From Catajapyx aquilonaris (lineage: Eukaryota), in assembly GCA_000934665.2 (NCBI GenBank), contig JYFJ02001744.1:1-64000 (forward strand): a stretch of 64,000 nt of DNA. Direction: 5' to 3'. The translations under genes were made by a program, and so were the position numbers. Positions 1 to 10,500 of this stretch are shown piece after piece. The stretch's first letter is position 1, and each line of letters begins with the position of its first letter. The notes under the pieces are model-generated. The model saw nothing but the letters and a program-made list of their open reading frames with translations. It did no database searches and had not been told where the DNA came from.

Positions 1-394
1 TCTGCCTGCGCACTCACTCACTCGATTTGTAAACAGTGGCAACCATGGAAGCGCTCTCCATGGGCTGATGTTTGAATTGGCCCGCCGGACAGGGTTGCCA
101 GGTAACGCCGCCGCCGCAGCCGCTGGAAAAAAAATTCAGCGACGGCTAATATGTCCAGCACTGTGCAGCCATATTGAAAGCAGAAATTTATGTTTTCGTT
201 GCGTGACGATTCGGCTATAACAGACCTCGGTTATAACAGACTTTTTCCGCAGTCTCTTGAAGTTTGTTGTATCCGGATTCAACTGGACTATTAACCCTGT
301 TCGCTCCCTGCTATATCGCCATCGCCAGGTATTACCGGCCAACTCTTAAGCTGATTTAATTATGAAATTATGTTACAGTATGCGGAATATCTAC

Positions 395-722
395 CTTGAG
401 AAATGTGCCAGACTAATATTTGCTGCAATCGTTGCATTTCGCGAAAATTAAGTACGTTGGGAGTTTTCAGATGTGACGGAAGCAAGCCGCAGATAAGTAT
501 TGATTGAATTCTTGCGAAGTACCACGATTTCAGAAAATTCGTCTGGTACAGTTCTCAATGTATATATTCCGTATATTTTAGCGTATAGGCTATTTCATAA
601 TAATTAAATCAGACTAACCGTTGGCTGGTAGCACTCGACTTTCGTTTTTTTACGACTATCTCTGTGAAAATCAATTTAGGGACTTCTAAGCGACGAAAAT
701 CGTCTCCAATACATTCATAGTG
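395..722. mobile_element. DNA-transposon terminal fragment ending ...TTCATAGTG (CACTATG on the opposite strand; Transib- or CACTA-like)
   Basis: Colinear similarity to 37545-37855 (shared TTCAGAAAATTCGTCTGG, AATTTAGG-ACTTCTA); both copies stop matching at CATAGTG. Confidence 0.55.
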
Positions 723-774
723 CAGACTGTATAGTGTAGAGCATAAGTTATGTGTACTGTCAAAAAAGAACTGA

Positions 775-1117
775 AATTAGATCAAAAACTTTCCCTTCAG
801 TAAAAAAAAAAAAGTAAGACCTCTGTGGCGGAATGAAGGTACTGAAACAAGGCAGGCGCACGTAAGACCTTCACCAATTGATTTAAGCTGTACCATAGGT
901 CTTACTCAAGCAATTACCAATTCACTACTCATGAAATCTCCTTTCTGAAAACAAATTTGTGGAATTTCTGTCGTACTACTAGTTACTTCTAACTTAGCAG
1001 TACCAGTGTAGTGCAATGGTACTGCTAAGTTAATAATGTAGTAATAGTAGTATGACAAAAATTCCACCCATTACTTGTTTATTTATTTTTACTGAAGGGA
1101 AAGTTTTTGATCTAATT
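775..1117. mobile_element. MITE-like element with 32-bp inverted repeats and an internal palindrome
   Basis: AATTAGATCAAAAACTTTCCCTTCAGTAAAAA (775-806) is the reverse complement of 1086-1117; an inner fold-back at ~959-1067 includes AACTTAGCAGTACCA/TGGTACTGCTAAGTT. Confidence 0.7.
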
Positions 1118-1244
1118 ACGTAGTATAATAGTTAGGAATGAGGTGGTTCATAATATTATTTGATGGAAACGTGAACCTTAGTTTTTGCCTACTCTGGCTA
1201 CTCACAGTTTGATCCCCATTAGTTTTTTTTGTCGTATTTTTTAT

Positions 1245-1535
1245 CGTGAACCCGCCATCTTTCGGCGGCGAGCAGAAGCTTAGCTTCCCTTTTGTTCCTG
1301 ACTTCCTGATGGCCGCTGTGTTCTAGTTGACCCGAAGATGTCAGGTGAAAATTCTCCTCCATGGAGAGGTGGGGAAGGTCAGCCCAGTGAACCGCCCCTG
1401 GGCAGGTAATGTGGCGAGGCAGGGTTACGCGCGGCCTGGCCCAGGTGCTTCTAGGCCCCTCATTTAATATAGGATGGAAAGGACCACGGACAGAGGGGTC
1501 CTCGCGAACGGCGTAGGGTGGCCGCCATCTTGTCG
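1245..1535 (+). promoter_or_regulatory. CpG-rich putative promoter/first-exon region of the RIF1-like gene with two YY1-type motifs
   Basis: CCGCCATCTT at ~1252-1261 and 1521-1530, ETS-like TTCCTG repeats at ~1296-1308, high CpG density compared with the downstream gene body. Confidence 0.55.
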
Positions 1536-4500
1536 GTTTCCGGGGCGTCGATTTTATGGATTCTCACACTCTTTACTTGAAAATCATGCTGCTCATGATG
1601 ATTTCCGATATTTATGTTGATAGTCTGCAAATAATTTGGCAGGGGGGAAATTGATTTTACTGGTTTAAGGCTGCGTTTACATGATGTGAGTGAGTCTGGG
1701 ATTGCATCATAGCGTTAAGAGCGCGCTCTAGGCTACGCTATCCATTGTTGCGGGGAGCCCGTCGCGGGCCGGCCCGTGAGTTTGACACTTCTTCCTCTCG
1801 CTGTCACGGCCGCAAATATGGAGGTATCGGCATGAAACTGGAGTATATGGACGGGAAAGAGTTGCGCTTTGAGATGGTGCGCTTATTTTTCTCCTGGGGC
1901 GATATTTGCGGCCGCCGCGGCCAGGTACAGTTTTTGATTTTGACCCGCAATCACTCCTTTCCATGTCGGTACCTGTGAGATTCGAGCCCATGACAAGGTT
2001 TTTACGCCGAATTACCGTAAGTGTGTGAAAGGGCACGAGTGTGGCAGTCTTGGTTTGGCCAAACTTTGGGATGAAAAATACCCCCCTCCATGAACCGCCA
2101 TGAACAATAAGAACTCGCAGGAAGAACGCGACCAGGACGCGACGATCTGGCAGCGCTGCGTTGACTGCCAGTTCCGTAACCACGGCGACTGTGCCACTAG
2201 AAACAAGCGCTGACACTTACGACACATGGTCCAATAAGTGCAGCTGCGATTGATGGCGCAATGCATCTTTCGCAACCGCACAGCCGCCTGAACAGAAAAT
2301 ATCCTTATTCAGCGGAAGATTATGTGGAGTAAACAATTTCCACATACAAGTGTGAATGAGTAAGTGTCAGGTGTTCAGAAAGGCTGTTACATAACTACTA
2401 CGTAAATTGTATAGGCCTCGCTCCGTGACATCATCAAAATATTAGTTCTTATATGTGAATAGGAACATTATGGGCTTCATTTGGTTTACTGGGTCAGTTT
2501 TGTCAACAGAGTTTAAACTAACAGAATTGATAGGTCCCTTAGTAAGGAAAGTCCTTTTTATAGCAGAATTAATACTTTATCAGAAGCCCTCAGCTTAAGT
2601 CAGGGGTTCCCACCTGGGAGTCGTGGCCCCCTAAGGGGGCTGTGGAGCAGGTCCAGGGGGGCCATGAGAGGCATTGTACCATATTTGGTAAATATATTTG
2701 TTGTATTATTTGGCTGCTTCATTAAAGATGTTTGCCTGCTTCATTAAAGATTTATGTATGTTACTTTTGCAAGGGGGCCGTGGAGAAATTTTGAGGGATT
2801 TGGGGGGTCGTGGGTGCAAAAAGGTTGGGAATCCCTGGCTTAAGTGAATGGGGATCAGTGCAGAAAATAGGCACAAGCTGCACAAGAGCAAAGAATACTG
2901 CTCTTGCAGGCAGAAAAGTTGACTGCAGGCGTGACATTTGGTGCTTGAGGAGCATACAGGTTTGGTCGTGGAGTATTTTTGTTAATCCGAATTTTTTATT
3001 TCTGTGCTGGGTTTACAAAAGGGAAACAGTATAGATTGAGCCACTGTTTCAGAATAACAATTTCTTTGCATGTGTTTTTACACCTGCCATGAAGTGAAAT
3101 GTGTATTCTGAACGTTTCTGTTAAGCTTGATGCTTACAAATGGTCAGCCACCTGTAAAGGCAGGATCCACTGTCAAAACATTACTCACTGTTTTCGACTC
3201 CAAGGGTTTGCAGTTCCCTTGAGCACCACACCAGGCCTGGATAAAACCCACATTCCTAGTCACCTGACTAATCTAGATATTATTCAATTGTGGGAAACAC
3301 TTAGTTTAAGATAATTATGAAATTGTATAATGTGAACCTTCTTTGCATAGGAAGGATCAGTTATTGTATAGTTTTGATTGATTACAAGTTTCTATCTCTC
3401 TTCATTAGCATTATACCTGCGACACAGCCAGAAGTACATGCCGCTGGTATAGAAGATAGCCTGGATTTGCCAGCCCAGGAGTTGAGCCAATCAATACTGC
3501 AGCCAAAGCAGGCACTTACTGAGAAGTTGATTAAAAACAAGTCTGAAAAGGCAGTAGGACAAACTGACAAGACTGCAATTGCATTCTTGCCAAAGGACAA
3601 CATTGGAAGTGCAGCAACACCAACAAAGAGAGATGTAACTCTTATGCAGGGTGAGGAGGAAAATGCGAAGTCATTGGATGGATTAGTTGAGAAGGCTTTT
3701 GTACCAATGGAGAACACCCTGCCACCTAAATCCTGTGATGGGAAAGCTGTCAGTGTAACAGGTAACAGAAGGGTACTGAAGGACAAGATGGGAAATGCAT
3801 TGAATGTGCAGAGCGAGGCCTTTCTAGTACATGAAGAGGCTGAAGACACTGTGCAAGGGCAAGTTGGGAATAATTCTTCACAAAGAGAAGAGGTTGGAAA
3901 GTTAACAACTTCTAAAGATACATCTCCAAAGACTTTGGCACAACCTGTGGAGAATAAATTAGGAGATGTTGGTCCAGTGCAAGACATGGGTGAAAACATT
4001 TCAGTACAAACGACGCAAGTGGATAATGAAACCAAGACTACCAGCACTTCAAAAGATCTTACTGTAACTGGTTTGCCCAAGAAGAAGCCTGGTTTGCCCA
4101 AGAAGAAGCCTGGTTTGCCCAAGAAGAAGCCTGGCCGGCGTGCAAAAAGGAACAGGGTGAAAAGTGCACCTCACCCGAGGCCTCGCCAGAAATCATTACC
4201 AACCATTGCTGATGGGGCCGTCTCTGATAGTGAGGCCATCTCACGCCGGACACTGAGGAGTACCAAGAACAAGGAAAGTAGGACTTCTGAATGTCAACCA
4301 CTTAGGCTCAGATCATCTGTATCTGCGTCTTCGGCTGCCTCCCTTGGCAAGTCATCACCAGAAAGGAAGAAGTCCTGCACTGCAACCCTTGACCAGTGGG
4401 TTACTGGAAGTAAGCCAGCCGAAAAAACTGAAATTTCCATTACATCAGAGGCCAGTGGTGGTGGGGAGTGTAGGCTCACAGACCTGGAAGAAAGTGGTAT

Positions 4501-7500
4501 TAAACCTCCTCAAACCGTGAATGGACATGCTTCATTGCCTGTTACGACGACTCGTAAGCGTACTCGGAAGAATGTTGAGAGATATGAGGATGATGCCGAC
4601 TGGATCGCCGGGGGAAATAGTCAATCTGTTTGCACTGAGGGTAACTCAACAGACACAGACTCAGAGGCTTTGCCATCAAGAGCACAGAGGAAGCGACAAG
4701 TGCCTATTAGGTTGAGAGAGGCGCAACCTTTCGAGAGCAGCACAACTATCACAGAGACAGCACGTAATGAGGCATCTGTTATGTCAAGGAAGGATACCAA
4801 GATTTCAGACAAATCCAAAAGAAAAGGTGCCAAGGGGTGGAAAAGCCTGAGAAAAACTGGTGATGGTGTACAAGAAACACTTCCTAGTGATGCACAAGCC
4901 ATGAAAACCAACAGTTCAGATGTTACTGCAGCATTATCTGATAAGCTCAGCCCAACAAGGAACAACTTGGCTTCAGCATCTGATGCTATGGACACCTCCA
5001 CTGCCATTGAGTCCAAAAGAAAAAACACCAAGGGGTGGAAAAGCCTGAGAAAAACTGCTGATGGTGTACAAGAAACACTTCCTAGTGATGCACAAACCAT
5101 GGAAACCAACAGTTCAGATGTTACTGCAGCATTATCTGATAAGCTAAGCCCAACAAGGAACAACTTGGCTTCAGCATCTGATGCTATGGACACTTCCACT
5201 GCCATTGAGTCCAAAAGAAAAAGCACCAAGGGGTGGAAAAGCCCAAGAAAAACTGGTGAAAATGTACAAGAAACACATGCTAGTGCTGCACAAGCCATGA
5301 CAACAAACAGTTCAGATGTTACAGCAGCATTATCTGATAAGCTAAGCCCAACACGGAACAACATAGCTTCAGAATCTGATGCTATGGACACCTCCACTGC
5401 CATCGAGTGCAAGGTTACTGACAGTATGAACAGTGAGGTGAAGCCAGAATGCACTTCACCAAGCGGAACTGCTGAGAGTCCAAAAAGTGCCAGCAAGTCC
5501 AAAACTTCTCAGCTGAGTTCACCAAGTAGTAGAGAGGTCAAACCCACCCAAGTCCTACCGGGATCACCATCAACTTCTCAGCTGAGTTCACCAAGTAGTA
5601 GAGAGAAAGCCAAACCCACCCAAGTACTACTGGGATCACCATCAACTTCCTCAACCTTGATACCAGCGGAGAGTGGTGAAGCCAGTTTATTCCACTTTAT
5701 GCGCTTTTCTCAGGCTCTGACAGGTTCAAGTGCCAAGAACAAGAGCAGAGGTGCCAAAATTCTGACGATGTCCAAGGCAAAGCGAGAGACAGCCTCACTT
5801 GCTGCTGGACCTATAAGTGCAGGTGATGTGTCCCCTGATAGCATGAAGGAAATGAAGGTGAGCCTGACCCGCATAGAAGATGAAAATGGGGTTGATGAGG
5901 TCATCAGGAAGGATGGTCAGAGAGAAGCATCACTACCAACACAAAGGTGAGCATTTCAGTCACTCTTACGATATGCAGTAATGGGAATAACAGCTCAGCC
6001 TACTTACAAGGATACCCGAAGTTGCATGCACTGGCATGACCTCCTGCAGTTGCAATTTTATATCAAGAATATACATTTTTTCATCAGACCTGAAGCTCTC
6101 TCACCCAAGGGGAGAACTGTTAGGGGCACATGTCATATTTTAGTAAAACTTATGGCAATCCATGACCCTAGGTCAAAGGTCACAATAATTGACCATCAGA
6201 AATTGAACCTTGTTTTCAACTAGCATGTATTTTAGATGCCATATTTTGAGCCAGGGTATTACCTATCTCTTAGCATCAAAATCGTAGCTCTACAATATAG
6301 CTACCAAGCTGGACACTGATTTGTGAGAGGCTCTTTTCTGGTTTGCCTGGTTTTTGCATTTGCACTGCTTCTGACCTTGAATCATGAACCCTAGGTTTGC
6401 TGTCCCAAGGAGAAAGACCCTAACTGCAAAACTTGTAAGGGTGAAAGTCGCATGCATGTGGCTTTCACCCTTACTAGTTTTCCAGTTAGGGTATTTCTCC
6501 TTGGGACAGCAGAGGTGGCTGAGAGCTTCTTTGGCCCACACAATATCACATGACAAGTTTCATAACACTATGCAACAAAAAGCAACTTTTTTTCTGTCCA
6601 TGGATATTCAACGCCATTTTACTGTTCCTTAGGTCACACGTAACTCCTAATGACCATCAGGGCAGTCAAAAAATGAAAACCCTCAAATATTGAAGTTTTT
6701 CCCACTCAAGCGGGCCTCAATGTTGCTGGACCATCTCGGATTTTGCTGAAAATAATCACAGCTGTACATACCTATGCTGTAACACTGCATGTCAAGTTTC
6801 AGCCAAATTGCAAAATACCGCGGGGAGGGAAAATATCGCAAAATTTTAAAAATTGGGCCTTTTTTTGGATAAATATTTTTCGGGTATTGCAAGTGGTCAA
6901 AAGCCAATCAACATATACATCAAAGGAAAGCGAAATGCAAGTAGAATGTGCCTATTTAATTTGTTTTTCTCGAAAATGCACCCAGAAAAATCTGTGGGTA
7001 TTCCATCATCACATGGTCAGCACCATGTCCAAGTATTTAGACCCCAATAATATATTAGTGATGTACGTATTTGCTTAAGAGCAGCCATATTTGGTGACAG
7101 GAGTTGTTACCTGCACAAGATTAGATATGTTCAGTGTCAATCCTGGGTCATACATGGCTCGCGAGAAAATAATAGCTATGTTTTCCCAAATTGCCATTAA
7201 TTTTCATGGAGGCAAATTCTTGGACATGTGACACGTTTTTCTGGTTACATTTTTTCAGAGGAAAACAAATTCCATCCTCCTGGTGTTTCTTTTTCAATTT
7301 ATATGTTGATTGGGTTGATTGGGACCACTTCCACTAACTGAAAAAAATTATCCTCAATAGGCCTCCATTTCCAAAATTTTGCGATTTCTTTCCCTCCCCT
7401 TGGCATTTCGCAATTGAGCTATAACTTGATAGACAGTGTTATGGCATACGTGTGTACAGCTGTGATTATTTTCAGCAAAGTTTGAGATGGTCTAGCAACA

Positions 7501-10500
7501 TTTAGGCCCACTTGATTGGGAAAAACTGCTATATTTGAGGATTTTGGTTTTTTGACTGCTCTGGGGTCAAAAACTAATCGAAGACAAAATGAATGGTCAT
7601 TATGAGTTACGAGTGTCCTAAGGAACATGGAAGTAGCGATGAACTTCCATGGACAAATATCGCGTTGCATAGTGCGCAATCAAAAAATTTAGGCTAACAA
7701 GGGAAGTGTCTGTAGGGGTATCAGCTAATAGGCCCGAAAATGCCACTTCAGGTAAATCGCAGGCCAGATATTCATTGGTGAAAATAAAAAGTGCCCCTAG
7801 CCAAGCGTTTTCGAGATATGAGCGACGATAGGTGCATGGCAAACCTGCGCACTAGGCCAGCCTGTGGGTTGAATCCCACCTGTACACCTGCACCGAGTCT
7901 CCAAATTATATGCAGTGAGAAGGCGAGGGCACATATTTATAATTTTCGCCCTTTCCGGCTGTTTAGCAACACTGCAAACAGGTTGACGTTGATATTTCTT
8001 TTCTCATTTGTGTCCTTGTCAACTCGCAATAACTGCTCAATGAAACCGCAACTGTAAATGAATGCGTGTACAAGTAAATGAATGGACACGAACAATTTAT
8101 TATTTACTGAGCTTGTGACTTTTCATTTTTCCGAATATGAAGCCATGGAGAGAGTAGGTAAGCATCTGCAGAAGAAAAAAAAGTTATGCACTTCCCAGCA
8201 AGCTGTTTTGTTCCTGTTGATTACAAAGTGGAAGATATGCGATGATAAACGGTGTTGGGGAGCAAAAGAAAAGCTTCCCGTGGACTTGAATGGGGAGACG
8301 TTGGAGCATGAGGCGGACACTCTACTGACTGCTCTCAGATTTGTCGTTCACCTATCGTCGCTCATATCTCGAAAACGCTTGGCTAGTGGCACTTTTTATT
8401 TTCACCAATGAATTTCTGGCCTGCGATTTACCCGAAGTGTCATTTTCGGGCCGATTGGCCTATACCCCTATAGACACTTCCCTTGTAAGAGCAAATGCCC
8501 TGGAATGATTTCCAGGTGTTTGAATCTTGCAACTTTCATGCTATGCCGGCGGAAAGCGCTTATTTACGCAACCAGTTGCTGCAACATCGCACCAAAATTG
8601 CATGATTTGTGTCCTGGCTAACACCTTACTGTGAGAAAACTCTTGATAAGCAGAGAAGTGTGTATAACATAGTTTTTATTTCAGCTTGCCCAGGAGACAC
8701 TATCCATGCTCCCCGTCTACCCCCAGTGTAGGGATTCTCAAGAAGAGGCCAGCTGACTGGACTAGTGATGCATCACCAACTGCCTCCAAGAAGGCAAGTT
8801 ATTCATGCTAATGAGACTTGGGGATTTTTATTGATGTAAAATTCACATCGGAATTTAAATAACTGATTTTACTTTGTTTTCCCTATTCAGAAACCGAGGG
8901 TAAGCTTTGCAGACCCACCTGTTTCACATGCGTTGATACTGAAGTCAGTAAGCCGGTGCTTGGATATGAATTCCTCTGTTGACGAGGAGGTACCCCCAAA
9001 GGTGGTGCATGACATCCCTGTTTCTTCTGAAGACAATGCAGTTGTACCTGAAGAAGCGTCATCCACACCTGACTCATCCAATGTGTTGCCTTCACAATTG
9101 TTGACACTCGAGGAGGTGACCTCACTGAACAGAGAGGAAGTTCCAATAGCAGAAAAGGTGCCAACAACATCTCAAGAGAGAGCTGTTGCGTGCACCAAGA
9201 TGGGACCTGCATCCATACCACCAGAACCTACAGCTCCATCACTGTCAGGCATTACTTTAGCTTCTTCTCCACCTGACAGCAGCCAGGACACACCTTCCAT
9301 CTCAGCAGAAGAACCAGCTGCTCTCATGGACTCCCAAAATGCAATCTACCCACCTCTGGTTGCATGCAAAGATCCAGTTGAAGCTGTTATTACCCAGATG
9401 ACTTGCTCAGCAATGAAATATTTCGTGCTGAAGATGATGCGTGGAATTGGCATTATGACTATTGGGGATCTGAGCTCAGTATCAGAGGAGAAAGCAATGC
9501 AAATACCAGTCAAAGCACCAAGGATTAAAAACATCAGGATTGCATTGTCCAATTATCATAAAACCATTACTGCAAAAACGAAAGAGAAGGACCCAGTGGA
9601 GGATCAGCTGGCAAGGATACATGGAGAGCACATGGATATTGAACTTTCATCCAACAATGCTCCATCCTGTGTCAATGCAGAAGTGCAAGCTGTAGTTAGC
9701 TGTCACAGTAAACTTGTTCAGGCTGTGGCTAGGTCAAAGGAAAAAGCAGGTAAGACTTGAGTTCTTGAGTTGTATAAGCTTATTTATGAAGAAGTGGTGC
9801 ATCTCTGAAGGAGTCATTGCTGCCTCAAGTTAAAATTGGTGCTGTGTGTATTCAAAGAGGCTCCTACTAGCCTACCCTCCTGTGACATGACAGGACTTGC
9901 ACCATACCAAACATATTAAGCTGTCCCGACAAAGTGCTCTAATTCATGCCAGCAGCACAACATGCCTGTATTCTTTCTTTCCACCAAGTGCAAGTATGGT
10001 ACATAAAAATTCACAACAGGATTGGTGGGTTACAAGTGCTGGCAGGCTTCTCAGAAATGAGTATAGACTGATTTAACATATGGCTACTGGTGAGAGAAGG
10101 GCACCAGTTTCCAATCCTGATTTTCTTAGAACCACCGTCATTTGTTGTGTAAGGTTATGCACAGAAAAAACCCTATGAATTACAATGGGCCCTCCATATC
10201 TGCGAAGGTTTGGTTTCAGCACCCCCCTCCACATGGATACCAAAATCTGTGGATGCCTTCACATAAAATTATATAGCACAAGGAAATATGCATATGTCTA
10301 ACCTACACACATCCTCCTCTATACATACTTTAAATCACCTCAAGATTGCTTATGATACTTAATGCAATGTGAATGCTACAGTCCTTTAACCCTAATAAGA
10401 CGGGCGTCACATATGGTCTACTCTAAGGTGGTTTGGCCATGTGGAGAGGATGAAGGAGGAGGAGATTGTGAAGAAGGTTTATTCTGTGTGGCTTTTTAAT

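Noticed and set aside
3317..3408. ATG start of the 877-aa ORF at 3317
   Set aside because: The first ~30 codons are intron-like and end in a clear pyrimidine tract plus AG at 3408; the exon starts at 3409.
4814..5407. CRISPR-like array
   Set aside because: Eukaryotic coding tandem repeat with no unique spacers.
3382..5502. Long minus-strand ORFs (246 aa, 293 aa)
   Set aside because: Antisense shadows of the RIF1-like exon and its repeats.
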